Positions 19,791 to 29,451 of a stretch of DNA of 64,000 bases are shown here, piece by piece. The stretch lies in NCBI GenBank assembly GCA_017555875.1, contig JAFZFN010000029.1, positions 15,100-79,099 on the forward strand, in the 5' to 3' direction. The stretch comes from Bacteroidaceae bacterium. GTDB lineage: Bacteria > Bacteroidota > Bacteroidia > Bacteroidales > Bacteroidaceae. Numbering within the stretch: the first letter of the stretch is position 1; every line of letters begins with the position of its first letter. Position numbers and translations under genes: made by a program. A model generated the notes under the pieces. The model ran no database searches, was not told the DNA's origin, and saw only the letters and a list, made by a program, of their open reading frames with translations.

Positions 19791-20672
19791 ATGCACAAAG
19801 CAGGATTTGTAAATATCGTGGGAAACCCCAATGTGGGTAAGTCGACACTGATGAACAAGTTTGTCGGTGAACGTATCTCCATAGCCACCTTCAAGGCACA
19901 GACCACCCGTCACCGTATCATGGGTATTGTCAATACGGAGGACATGCAGATTGTCTTCTCCGACACACCTGGTGTGCTCAAGCCTAACTACAAGCTGCAG
20001 GAGTCGATGCTTCAGTTCTCTGAGTCGGCTTTGCAGGATGCCGATGTTCTCGTCTACGTGACCGACGTAGTGGAGAAGATCGACAAGAACCAGGACTTCC
20101 TCCAGAAGGTACAGCGCATGGATGTGCCCATCCTCTTGCTCATCAATAAGATTGACATGAGCAATCAGAAGGAGTTGACCGCTCTCGTCGAGGAGTGGCA
20201 CGAGCTGCTTCCTCAGGCAGAGATTATCCCCATCTCGGCATCAAACAACTTCAATGTTGACGTGGTGCTCCGCCGTATCAAGGATCTGCTGCCCGATAGT
20301 CCTCCCTTTTTCGACAAGGATCAGCTGACCGATAAGCCCGCCCGCTTCTTCGTCACCGAGATTATCCGCGAGAAGATACTCCTCTATTATGACAAGGAGA
20401 TACCCTACGCCTGCGAGGTGAGTGTCGAGCAATTCAAGGAGACTGAGAAGAACATCCACATCAATGCTATCATCTATGTGGAGCGTGAGTCTCAGAAGGG
20501 CATCATCATCGGCAATCAGGGCAAGGCGCTGAAGAAGGTGATGACCGAGGCACGCCGCACATTGGAGCAGTTCTTCGGCAAGAGCATCTTCCTTGAGACG
20601 TTTGTGAAAGTAGATAAGGACTGGCGCAATTCAGACAAGGAGCTGCGCAGTTTTGGATATAACCTTGAATAA
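19791..20672 (+). CDS. era: GTPase Era
   Basis: G1 motif GNPNVGKST, the DTPG motif, and a C-terminal KH domain. Confidence 0.95.
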   Translation: MHKAGFVNIVGNPNVGKSTLMNKFVGERISIATFKAQTTRHRIMGIVNTEDMQIVFSDTPGVLKPNYKLQESMLQFSESALQDADVLVYVTDVVEKIDKNQDFLQKVQRMDVPILLLINKIDMSNQKELTALVEEWHELLPQAEIIPISASNNFNVDVVLRRIKDLLPDSPPFFDKDQLTDKPARFFVTEIIREKILLYYDKEIPYACEVSVEQFKETEKNIHINAIIYVERESQKGIIIGNQGKALKKVMTEARRTLEQFFGKSIFLETFVKVDKDWRNSDKELRSFGYNLE

Positions 20673-20760
20673 AATTAGGAGTTAGGAATTAGAAATTAGG
20701 AGTTGAAACTCCACGAAGCCCACCGGGGCAATAAAATTCCTAATTCCTAATTCCTAACTT
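20673..20760. repeat. Inverted repeat with 7-bp tandem heptads (TTAGGAA/AATTCCT x3) in the era-der spacer
   Basis: The arms aattaggagttaggaattagaaattaggagtt and aattcctaattcctaattcctaactt enclose a short ggagttgaaactcc hairpin. Confidence 0.6.
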
Positions 20761-20768
20761 AGTAAGAC

Positions 20769-22082
20769 ATGGGAAACTTAGTAGCAATCGTAGGACGCCC
20801 CAATGTGGGTAAGTCCACACTTTTTAACCGCTTCACACAGACCCGTCACGCCATCGTGGCCGATGAGGCTGGTACCACCCGCGACCGTCAGTATGGCAAG
20901 TGCGAATGGACGGGTCGTGAGTTCTCTATCGTTGACACCGGTGGTTGGGTGGTCAACTCTGACGATATCTTCGAAGAGGAGATACGCAAGCAGGTGCTCA
21001 TCGCCGTAGAGGAGGCCGATGTGGTGCTCTTCCTCGTTGACGTGCAGAATGGTGTCACCGACCTCGACATGCAGGTAGCCTCTATCCTTCGTCGTGCCAA
21101 GACACCCGTCATCCTTGTGTCAAACAAAACCGACAACTACGACCTGCAGTACAATGCTGCCGAGTTCTACTCGCTTGGCTTGGGCGACCCCTTCTGCGTG
21201 TCGGCACTCACGGGTAGCGGTACGGGCGACCTGCTCGATATGGTCGTAGAGAAGCTCCCTGCTCCCACCCCCGATGAGGAGACTGAGGAGATACCCCGCT
21301 TCGCTGTCGTAGGTCGTCCCAACGTGGGCAAGAGCTCTATTGTGAACGCCTTCATCGGTGAGGACCGCAACATCGTGACCAATATCGCCGGTACTACCCG
21401 CGACTCCATCTATACCCGCTATACCAAGTTCGGTTTCGACTTCTATCTCGTCGATACTGCTGGTATCCGCAAGAAGGGTAAGGTGAATGAGGACCTCGAG
21501 TTCTACTCTGTGATGCGCTCTATCCGCGCCATTGAGAATGCCGATGTCTGTATCCTCATGCTCGACGCCACACGCGGTATCGAGAGCCAGGATCTCAACA
21601 TCTACTCGCTCGTGCAGCGCAACCAGAAGGGCCTTGTGGTAGTCATCAATAAGTGGGACCTCGTGGAGGACAAGAGCACCAAGGCGATGAAGTACTTCGA
21701 GGACACCATCCGCGAGCGCTTCGCCCCCTTCACCGACTTCCCCATCATTTTCGCGTCGGCCCTCACCAAGCAGCGCATCTTCAAGGTGCTCGAGATGGCC
21801 AAGGAGACCTATCTGAACCGCAACACCAAGGTGTCTACCGCGAAGCTCAACGAGGAGATGCTGCCCATCATCGAGGCCACACCTCCCCCCTCAAACAAGG
21901 GTAAGTACATCAAGATTAAGTATTGCATGCAGCTGCCTGGCACACGCGTACCTTCGTTCGTGTTCTTTGCCAACCTGCCGCAGTATGTGAAGGAGCCCTA
22001 CAAGCGCTTCTTGGAGAACAAGATCCGCGAGCGTTGGGACTTTACAGGTACTCCTATTAATATCTATATTCGCCAGAAGTAA
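20769..22082 (+). CDS. der: Ribosome biogenesis GTPase Der (EngA)
   Basis: Two tandem GTPase domains, each with GRPNVGKS, followed by a KH-like C-terminus. Confidence 0.95.
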   Translation: MGNLVAIVGRPNVGKSTLFNRFTQTRHAIVADEAGTTRDRQYGKCEWTGREFSIVDTGGWVVNSDDIFEEEIRKQVLIAVEEADVVLFLVDVQNGVTDLDMQVASILRRAKTPVILVSNKTDNYDLQYNAAEFYSLGLGDPFCVSALTGSGTGDLLDMVVEKLPAPTPDEETEEIPRFAVVGRPNVGKSSIVNAFIGEDRNIVTNIAGTTRDSIYTRYTKFGFDFYLVDTAGIRKKGKVNEDLEFYSVMRSIRAIENADVCILMLDATRGIESQDLNIYSLVQRNQKGLVVVINKWDLVEDKSTKAMKYFEDTIRERFAPFTDFPIIFASALTKQRIFKVLEMAKETYLNRNTKVSTAKLNEEMLPIIEATPPPSNKGKYIKIKYCMQLPGTRVPSFVFFANLPQYVKEPYKRFLENKIRERWDFTGTPINIYIRQK

Positions 22083-22217
22083 TAGGGCCATTGATAATCA
22101 AGGCAGGGGATGCGCATGCTATTCCCTGTCTTGGTGTTCGATATATATTAAGGCGGATGTCCGTTGTTGAACCAGGGCGTTGAGCGTTGTGTTGATGATT
22201 GAATAAAACATATAATT

Positions 22218-22505
22218 ATGAACCTTACAGGACTATTGGTGGGGCTCTCCACATTTCTTATCATAGGTATCTTTCACCCATTGGTGATCAAGGCCGAGTA
22301 TTATATAGGCTACAAGAGTTGGGTCCTCTTTGCTCTGGCTGGCGTGCTCTTCTCTGTGCTCTCCTTGTTGGCCGATGGGATTATCCTCTCCACCATTTTG
22401 GGTGTAGTGGCCTTCTCCTCTTTTTGGAGTATCTTGGAGGTGTATCAGCAGCGCGAGCGTGTTCGCAAGGGATGGTTCCCCGCAGGTCCAGGGCATAAGA
22501 AGTAA
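22218..22505 (+). CDS. Small hypothetical membrane protein
   Basis: 95 aa with three predicted TM helices. Confidence 0.4.
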   Translation: MNLTGLLVGLSTFLIIGIFHPLVIKAEYYIGYKSWVLFALAGVLFSVLSLLADGIILSTILGVVAFSSFWSILEVYQQRERVRKGWFPAGPGHKK

Positions 22506-22533
22506 TTAGTGTAACAAAAACCTTAACAGTAAG

Positions 22534-23142
22534 ATGAAGATTCGAGCACTTATTTTAGGAATCCTATTCTCCATGGGTGGAGTCGCGGCGATGTCTGCTC
22601 AGGATCAAGAGGTCGTTAAGGGATTCTCTGGCGGCATGATGGTGCACAGCGGCTATCAGTATGGCTGTGACAATCCTTTTGGGCTGAACATTAGTAGCCC
22701 TACGTTTGGCATTGGTGGCTGCGCCAAGCTACACTTCTCGGAGCATTTCCGCGCAGGCTTCGAGGGCTATTTCTCCACTGCGCCCATCAAGAGAGGGGTT
22801 GTGAGTGGTAGCCACAACAAGTTGTTTTGGACAGGCTTGTTAGCGGATTGGTTCTTCCAGCGCGGCAAGTTTATCCCCTATGTCGGTGCTACGCTCGGTG
22901 GAGGCATGGAGACCTCCTTCTTCATGTTCGAGGGCGACAAGCATGACTGGGTCGAGGAGGGCAGGACCGTGCTGCACAAGCAGCCCTTCTTTGCCATCGA
23001 CCCTTATGTGGGCGTAGAGTATGCCGTGGGTAAGGCGCTGCGTTTGACCCTCAAGGCTGATTGGCTGTTTGCTCTCAATGCTGATGGGCTCAACGAGCCT
23101 ATGGGCCCTCGTGTCTACTTCGGCTTTATCTTTGCTCATTGA
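22534..23142 (+). CDS. Putative outer-membrane beta-barrel protein
   Basis: Signal peptide, alternating aromatic/hydrophobic beta-strand pattern, and a C-terminal aromatic residue (FAH). Confidence 0.4.
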   Translation: MKIRALILGILFSMGGVAAMSAQDQEVVKGFSGGMMVHSGYQYGCDNPFGLNISSPTFGIGGCAKLHFSEHFRAGFEGYFSTAPIKRGVVSGSHNKLFWTGLLADWFFQRGKFIPYVGATLGGGMETSFFMFEGDKHDWVEEGRTVLHKQPFFAIDPYVGVEYAVGKALRLTLKADWLFALNADGLNEPMGPRVYFGFIFAH

Positions 23143-23186
23143 TCCTCGTCTGTCGATAAAGCTCCTAGGAGGGGACAAATAAAAAG

Positions 23187-23225
23187 GTGTGTCGTTGCTG
23201 ACACACCTTTTTATTTTCGTAATAC
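23187..23225. terminator. Bidirectional terminator hairpin between the beta-barrel gene and rplS
   Basis: aaaaaggtgtgtc-gttgct-gacacaccttttt, a perfect 13-bp stem flanked by A and T runs. Confidence 0.75.
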
Positions 23226-23231
23226 GTAATG

Positions 23232-23600
23232 TTAGTCCTGCTTGGTGATAACTCGTTTCTCTTTGATGCGAGCCTTCTTACCGGTAAGAGCGCGGAGGTA
23301 GTACAACTTAGCGCGACGAACCTTACCAACCTTGTTCACTACGATGCTGTCGATAGCGGGTGAGTTGATGGGGAAGATACGCTCAACACCTACAGTACCA
23401 GACATCTTACGTACAGTAAAACGCTTGTTGTAGCCGTGACCAGAGATCTTGATTACTACACCGCGGTAGAGCTGGATACGCTCCTTGTTACCCTCGACAA
23501 TACGATACGCTACGGTTACAGTGTCACCAGCCTTGAAAGCGGGAACCTGACCCTCTTTACCGGTAGCAAATGCTTCTTCAGCAATTTTAATTAAATCCAT
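23232..23600 (-). CDS. rplS: 50S ribosomal protein L19
   Basis: L19 family sequence ([11 protein letters not shown]...[12 protein letters not shown]). The start is placed at the conserved Met. Confidence 0.92.
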   Translation of the reverse strand: MDLIKIAEEAFATGKEGQVPAFKAGDTVTVAYRIVEGNKERIQLYRGVVIKISGHGYNKRFTVRKMSGTVGVERIFPINSPAIDSIVVNKVGKVRRAKLYYLRALTGKKARIKEKRVITKQD

Positions 23601-23639
23601 TAGTTTTAAAATAATTAAATTGTTATATCGTCCCAACGC

Positions 23640-23800
23640 AACATATCAAGTTACTCTTCCTATGACAGCGATTGCGCGAAAGCGGGTGCAAAGATAGCGC
23701 AAGCCGAGCGAAAAAACAAATTTATTTGATTTTTTCCGAGGCGAAGCCTATCTTCAGACTGCGCAGCAGGCTAAAGTTAGTGCAAATCGACGCAAAATGC
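23640..23800 (-). promoter_or_regulatory. Ribosomal-protein promoter cassette upstream of rplS, with -33 TTTG and -7 TATCTTTG on the minus strand. It is a near-duplicate of the rpsU upstream region.
   Basis: The reverse complement reads cctcggaaaaaatcaaataaatttgttttttcgctcggcttgcgctatctttgca, matching 55015-55075 at about 90 percent identity. Confidence 0.65.
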
Positions 23801-23913
23801 AATGCGTAGCAGGCTAAAGTTGTCGCAAAAGAGTGCTAATTCATTCAAGCACTTGCACAACCGAGAATAAATCCTTTTCTTTGCATTATAAACTCCCTTA
23901 AAGTACCAGCTCT

Positions 23914-25140
23914 ATGAAGAAAACAATACGAATACATGCCAATATTCTGTTTGCGCTCCTCATAACCCATGTAATACTAATACCAGAAACTTATGCCATA
24001 CAAGCAAAGCACATCGCCGCAGATGCCCGAGGCATTGCCGCCAATATCGCCCAAGTGGCAGATGACGACTCGATAGATCATGAGCAGGTGTTTATAGAAC
24101 ATGAGGAAGCGCCAGAATTCCCCGGTGGCACGCAAGCCCTGAATGAATATATCAAGAGCAACAAGCTGTACCCTCAGGAGGCTATGGATAGAGGCATCGA
24201 GGGGCGTGTCATCGCGCAGTTCGTAGTGGATAGCATGGGCAATGTCTGTGAAGAGCGTGTGGTGAGGTCTGTTGATACGCAACTCGACGGTGAGGCCATC
24301 CGCCTGATACGCAACATGTCGAGATGGAAGCCGGGCAAGCAGTGGGGAAGACCAGTGCGAGTGCGCTATACCATTCCCATCACCTTTGCTCTGCCCGACG
24401 GCGCTGCCAAGAAGGTCATTGAAAGTCCCAAGCCTAAAGGTCCGACGATAGATGAGGCCGATAAGAAGCCGCTCATCGTGCTCCTCTTTGCCAATGGAGC
24501 AGAAATCATTGCCGAAGGCAAGCAGCTCAACTATGTGCCTTGCGTTGTTGTCGAGTTTGACTACCTCGAACCGTTTGACCTGTCGGCTGAAGACATTGCC
24601 GATGCCGATACTTTGGGGTGGTACATGGCAGAAGACAAGTACGGCAAACAGGGCAAAGATGGCGCTATTGTGTATCACGTCAAGGAGAAGAGCTATGGCG
24701 AAGTGACCCAGGCATTGAGCCAGCATTGGTTCAACAAAGGTAGCAACGAGCGGCTACGGACGATAGAGAAGAGGTCGGGGAACGCCGATGCTGAGGCTGT
24801 AGAGTATGAGTCAAAATATGAAGACATGTTTATTCATTATGAATCACAGCCCGAGTTCCCTGGTGGGATGCAGGCATTGATGGACTATATGAAAGCGAAT
24901 ATCCGTTATCCCCAAGAGGCCAAGGAGAGGGGCATCCAAGGACGCGTCATCGTACAATTTATCGTAGAGGAGGATGGCACTCTTACTGGGGAGCAAGTGC
25001 TCAAGCCTGTCGACCCACAACTTGATGCCGAGGCCATCCGCATAGCGCGTAGTATGCCCAAGTGGAAGCCTGGAGAGATTCGCGGCAAGCCCATCCGAAT
25101 GAGGTTTAGCTTCCCAGTGACCTTCAGACTCGAAGAATAA
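23914..25140 (+). CDS. Secreted protein with two tandem TonB C-terminal domains
   Basis: Signal peptide. Two copies of EFPGG.QAL.(E/D)Y...YP.EA...GI(E/Q)GRVI.QF(V/I)V...G......V...VDPQLD.EAIR...M.KWKPG. The central segment GKQLNY..FDYL is shared with the 26386 ORF. Confidence 0.7.
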   Translation: MKKTIRIHANILFALLITHVILIPETYAIQAKHIAADARGIAANIAQVADDDSIDHEQVFIEHEEAPEFPGGTQALNEYIKSNKLYPQEAMDRGIEGRVIAQFVVDSMGNVCEERVVRSVDTQLDGEAIRLIRNMSRWKPGKQWGRPVRVRYTIPITFALPDGAAKKVIESPKPKGPTIDEADKKPLIVLLFANGAEIIAEGKQLNYVPCVVVEFDYLEPFDLSAEDIADADTLGWYMAEDKYGKQGKDGAIVYHVKEKSYGEVTQALSQHWFNKGSNERLRTIEKRSGNADAEAVEYESKYEDMFIHYESQPEFPGGMQALMDYMKANIRYPQEAKERGIQGRVIVQFIVEEDGTLTGEQVLKPVDPQLDAEAIRIARSMPKWKPGEIRGKPIRMRFSFPVTFRLEE

Positions 25141-25161
25141 GCGTCATAAGCAATCCACACC

Positions 25162-25827
25162 ATGCCCCACCTCGTGATACAACATACCGACGATGGCTCT
25201 GCCACGCTCTTCGTGCCCGAGCTCGACGAGCACTACCACTCCGTGAAGGGAGCCCACACCGAGTCGCTCCATATCTACCGCGACTGTGCCTATCTGCATG
25301 CCGCCGAGCACTCTGCGCATCGCCCCTTGCGCCTGCTCGAGGTAGGCTTCGGCACGGGCCTCAATGCTGCCGTCACTGCCATGGCCGCCACGGCTGAGCG
25401 CCCTGTGCACTACATCACCTTGGAGAAATACCCCGTGGAGCCTCGATTGATAGAGGGCTTGGGCTACGAGGCGCTTGTCGATGCCCAGCTCTTTGCCGCC
25501 ATCCATGCTGTGCCGTGGGAGCAGCCCACGGCCATCACGCCCCACTTCACGCTCGAGAAGCGCTGCTGCGACCTGCTCACCGCTCCGCTCCCTCACGACA
25601 TCGACATTGTCTACTTCGATGCCTTTGCCCCCGAGAAGCAGCCCGAGATGTGGAGTCCCGAGGTCTTTGTCCGCATCTATGAGGCTATGCGCTCTGGCGG
25701 TGTGCTCACCACCTACTGCGCCAAGGGCACCATCCGCCGTCTGCTGCAGGCGACTGGCTTCACCGTAGAGCGCCTCGCGGGCCCCGTCGGCGGCAAGCGC
25801 GAGATACTGCGAGCCACCAAGAACTAG
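25162..25827 (+). CDS. MnmD-like SAM-dependent methyltransferase (tRNA mnm5s2U34 pathway, MnmC C-terminal-domain homologue)
   Basis: 221 aa. Contains the LEVGFGTGLN SAM-binding motif and DIVYFDAFAP, which resembles the MnmC methyltransferase domain. Confidence 0.5.
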   Translation: MPHLVIQHTDDGSATLFVPELDEHYHSVKGAHTESLHIYRDCAYLHAAEHSAHRPLRLLEVGFGTGLNAAVTAMAATAERPVHYITLEKYPVEPRLIEGLGYEALVDAQLFAAIHAVPWEQPTAITPHFTLEKRCCDLLTAPLPHDIDIVYFDAFAPEKQPEMWSPEVFVRIYEAMRSGGVLTTYCAKGTIRRLLQATGFTVERLAGPVGGKREILRATKN

Positions 25828-25968
25828 GGGAGCCCACGTCTGATGTCGTGCTCCAACTAATAATAAAGGTTAAAGTTGGGCATCGCAATGCAAATTCCTA
25901 AACTTTTAGTTGGTCGTGTAGAGAGAAATATGTTTCTTTGCTGCATCAAAAACTAAGACTTTAGGAGA

Positions 25969-26337
25969 ATGAAAAGAACGAATGAATTGACTCGCGCAGA
26001 GCTGCAGGTCATGAATATCCTCTGGGATATCCGCAAGGGCACAGTGGCCGAGGTGCTGGAGCACTACCCAGAGCCGAGACCTGCCTACAACACAGTGCTC
26101 ACCTTCCTGCGCATACTGAAGGAGAAGGGCTTCGTCACCAGCGAGGCTGCTGGCAAGCAGCATCGGTTCTGTCCGGTAATCTTGCGTGGCGAGTACACCC
26201 GCAACTATATGCGCAATGTCAAAGACAGCCTCTTCCGCGGTTCGGCGACAGACCTAGTCAACTTCTTTGTCAAGGAGGAGAACCTCTCGGCCGAGGAGAT
26301 TGATGAGCTGATTGCTCTGCTGAGAAAGAACGAATAA
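25969..26337 (+). CDS. BlaI/MecI/CopY-family transcriptional repressor
   Basis: 122 aa with a winged-helix N-terminus (ELTRAELQVMNILW). It is immediately upstream of an M56 peptidase gene. Confidence 0.85.
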   Translation: MKRTNELTRAELQVMNILWDIRKGTVAEVLEHYPEPRPAYNTVLTFLRILKEKGFVTSEAAGKQHRFCPVILRGEYTRNYMRNVKDSLFRGSATDLVNFFVKEENLSAEEIDELIALLRKNE

Positions 26338-26385
26338 CTTATTGTCTGAGGACCCAGAGAATTCACAATTCACAATTCAAAATTC

Positions 26386-28023
26386 ATGTATACCTTCTTC
26401 CTATATATCATAAAGGTATCGCTCACGCTTGCTGCCTTTTACCTTTTCTACAAGCTTCTGTGTAGCCGCGACACGTTGCATCGGTCCAATCGCGTACTGT
26501 TGCTCTCTCTACTCATCCTGTCAGCGGTGACGCCTTTCATCTATGTCGATCTCGGGATGGATAACCAAGAGGCTAACGCAGCATTTGAGGAGCTGACTAT
26601 GCCCATCGATCCTGCCGAAGGCGTGACGGGCGAAGCAGTCACGAGAGGGCGTGTAGTCCCCGTTCTGTGGCAACAAATTCCGTGGCGCTCCGTGCTCGTA
26701 GGGGCCTACCTCATCGGTCTTGTGGTGTGCCTTGTGCGCTTTGCCTCCTCGCTCCTCTCCATCGTGCGACTCATCAGGGGGAGCCAGCGTCAAGTGTTGC
26801 CCGACGGCATCATCCTCGTCACCCACACCAAGGACTATAGTCCCTTCTCGTGGATGCGCTACATCATCGTATCAGAGCGTGACCTCTGCGACAATCGGGA
26901 TATGATCCTTGCTCACGAACGGGCACATATCCGCCTCGGCCATTCGTGGGACCTGCTCTTTGCCCAACTCTGTGCCACCATGCAGTGGTTCAACCCCGCC
27001 GCATGGCTACTGAAGCGCGAGCTCGAGGCCATCCACGAATACGAGGCCGACAGCGCCACGCTACGCCAAGGCTTCGACGCACGGCAATACCAGCTGCGCC
27101 TCTTCGAGGCTGCCTCTGGCATCAAATACAGCTCATTCACCAATAACTTTACTAATTGTTCCACTAAAAAACGTATTATTATGATGATGAAAAAACAAAC
27201 CAGCCCGTGGGCATTGCTCAAGGCTCTGTATGTGCTCCCCGTAGCATTCGCTGCCGTAGCGGTTATCTCTTGCACCTCGCCGAAGGAGAAGAAAGACAGC
27301 GGTCACCTTTCAAATGTTATGGTACATGGCGAAAATCCGCTTCTCGTATTTACCTTTGAAGACAGTACAGAACTTAACATTCAAGGCAAACAACTCAACT
27401 ACGACGGCATGCCCGACTTTGATTATCTCAAACCATGCGGACTAACGCCCGAGAATATCAATAGCATTGACGCTCTGCAAAGTGAAGAGGCCAAAGCCCT
27501 ATATGGGGAGAGAGGTTCCAACGGAGCCATCCTGTTCGGAGTCAAGGGGAAGACAGCCAAAGATGTATTCTCCTCCCTCTCCGATTATGCCGCAGAGACT
27601 GGCAGCGAAGAGCCACTTAAGGTGAACCTCAAGAAAACCTCCAAAGGAGGAGTAGAAGGAGGCACACCGTTCACCTATGAAACTACAACCATCAAGCAGG
27701 AAGAGGATGAGGTCTTCCAAGTCGTAGAAGAACAACCTATGTATCCTGGCGGAATGCAAGAGCTGATGAAGTATCTGCAAAAGGAGATGAAGTACCCCAA
27801 GGAGGCACAGGACAAAGGCATCCAAGGCCGCGTCATCGTTCAGTTCGTCGTGAACAAGGACGGCAGCATCTGCGAAGCCAATGTCGTGAAAAGTGTAGAC
27901 CCGCTGCTCGATGCCGAAGCCTTACGTGTTATCAACGCCATGCCCCACTGGACACCCGGCAAGCAGAGAGGACAGGCGGTCAACGTGCGCTTCACTCTCC
28001 CCCTCACGTTCCGGTTGCAATAA
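26386..28023 (+). CDS. BlaR1-like M56 peptidase fused to a TonB C-terminal domain
   Basis: M56 N-terminal TM region with the HELAHIRLGH zinc motif. The C-terminal 90 aa form a TonB_C domain nearly identical in pattern to those of the 23914 ORF. Confidence 0.8.
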   Translation: MYTFFLYIIKVSLTLAAFYLFYKLLCSRDTLHRSNRVLLLSLLILSAVTPFIYVDLGMDNQEANAAFEELTMPIDPAEGVTGEAVTRGRVVPVLWQQIPWRSVLVGAYLIGLVVCLVRFASSLLSIVRLIRGSQRQVLPDGIILVTHTKDYSPFSWMRYIIVSERDLCDNRDMILAHERAHIRLGHSWDLLFAQLCATMQWFNPAAWLLKRELEAIHEYEADSATLRQGFDARQYQLRLFEAASGIKYSSFTNNFTNCSTKKRIIMMMKKQTSPWALLKALYVLPVAFAAVAVISCTSPKEKKDSGHLSNVMVHGENPLLVFTFEDSTELNIQGKQLNYDGMPDFDYLKPCGLTPENINSIDALQSEEAKALYGERGSNGAILFGVKGKTAKDVFSSLSDYAAETGSEEPLKVNLKKTSKGGVEGGTPFTYETTTIKQEEDEVFQVVEEQPMYPGGMQELMKYLQKEMKYPKEAQDKGIQGRVIVQFVVNKDGSICEANVVKSVDPLLDAEALRVINAMPHWTPGKQRGQAVNVRFTLPLTFRLQ

Positions 28024-28414
28024 AGAGTCGTTCCACTAACCAAGCGGCACCGCATTGTCTTCATGGTGCGGTGGCAATGGTCGGGCACATCCTTCGAGGG
28101 TGTGCCCGCGTGCTGTTCGAAAGGGCACTCGGCGGGAGAACGCCGAGGCCATACGGACAAAAGTCAGGGAGTGGCGCTGCCAAAGGGTATTCAAGTATCC
28201 CCGATGTGTACCTTTTGTATACGATATGTGTACAAATATGTGTACAAATTCATGACGTAACTATCATGACGTACAGTGGATTACGCGGGCAAAAGTGTAC
28301 ATTTCCTTTTTCCGCCTTTTCCTTTCGGCTTTCGAGGGCATTACGGACATGAAAGAGTGCGATTGTATATTTCGGAGCTATTCATATCCTTTGTTTTACA
28401 AAGCATGGAGTTTT

Positions 28415-28520
28415 TCTGGTCGCGAATAGAATGTCTTCTGACCGCGAATAGAAAACATTCTGCTCGCGAGTAGAAATATTTCTGACCGCGGGTAGAAAAA
28501 CTTTTGAATCTATAGAAAAA
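28415..28520. repeat. Iteron-like array: four exact-phase 22-bp direct repeats (TCTGnYCGCGrrTAGAA) plus a degenerate fifth
   Basis: Copies start at 28415, 28437, 28459 and 28481. A partial copy starts at 28503. Confidence 0.8.
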
Positions 28521-28953
28521 ATCTTGTCACACAATGAAAATCAAGAGCTCGAAGGCAGTTCCGGGATTGTTCTATGGTGCGTCCTGTCAACTTCTAACAT
28601 GCATGAGAACAATCATGCCCCTGCGGTGTACTGCGAATTGGCCAATCACCGCCACTTCGGACGGGAAGCGCAGGAGTAATGATGCAAAACCTGGTGCCGA
28701 GAAGATATTGTACACATCCGATGACATAATCTGCTGAAGATTCGGGGATTGGCTATAAAAATTGTACACAAATTTGTACATAAAAAGGGTGCAAATCGGG
28801 TGGGTTGTCGTCACTCACCATGAGAGGACGAGTCGTACATCCATCCCACCTGTCGATGGAGGCGCAAATAAAAAATTTTCACTACCTTTGTAACTTTCGG
28901 GGCTTCTCTCCGTCTTAAGGGTAGAGAGTAATTACTGCACAAACACATACAAG

Positions 28954-29439
28954 GTGACGCACGAAGAATTCAAAAGGCGGTTTATGCCGTTGCAGAGCAT
29001 GCTGTATCGCGAAGCATATAAGGTGCTGGGCGATGCGTTCGAGGCTGAGGATGCCGTGCAAAACATGTATGTGCGTCTGTGGGAGCAGAAGGAGGAGCTA
29101 GGACACATCGTGTCGCCCGAGGCCTATTGCCGCACGATGCTCAAGCGCATCTGCATCGACCGTTGGCGGAGGATGAGGGCGCGGGCCGAGGATGTGGAGC
29201 TCATAGAAGAGATTGTCGATGCCAATGCTCCACCCGACGCAGAGCGTGAGGAGACGGCGGAGTTTCTCGAACATTTCCTCGCCAACCTCCCCGACCGACA
29301 ACAACGGGTGATGCGGATGACGATGCAGGGAAACACGGCGGAGGAGATTGCCGAGGCCACACGATTGAGTGTGGGGAATGTGAGGACCATCGTGTCACGC
29401 ATGAGGCAGAGATTTAAGGAATTGTATTATAAACGATAA
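28954..29439 (+). CDS. ECF-type RNA polymerase sigma factor
   Basis: Sigma-70 region 2 (YREAYKVLGDAFEAEDAVQNMYVRLW) and region 4 (RQQRVMRMTMQGNTAEEIAEATRLSVGNVR). Confidence 0.85.
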   Translation: MTHEEFKRRFMPLQSMLYREAYKVLGDAFEAEDAVQNMYVRLWEQKEELGHIVSPEAYCRTMLKRICIDRWRRMRARAEDVELIEEIVDANAPPDAEREETAEFLEHFLANLPDRQQRVMRMTMQGNTAEEIAEATRLSVGNVRTIVSRMRQRFKELYYKR

Positions 29440-29451
29440 GGAGTTTGAACT

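Noticed and set aside
25162-25827. Elevated GC content of the MnmD-like gene as evidence of horizontal transfer
   Set aside because: GC content varies considerably along this window (gyrB and dnaE are also GC-rich). No flanking repeats or integrase were seen.
28415-28520. The direct-repeat array as a CRISPR array
   Set aside because: The 17-bp repeats are contiguous, with only 5-bp gaps and no unique spacers. There are no cas genes, and the period is exactly 22 bp.
28534-28737. 67-aa ORF inside the sigma-operon leader
   Set aside because: Cys/Arg-rich, low-complexity sequence in a repeat-dense non-coding region with no start context. Probably spurious.
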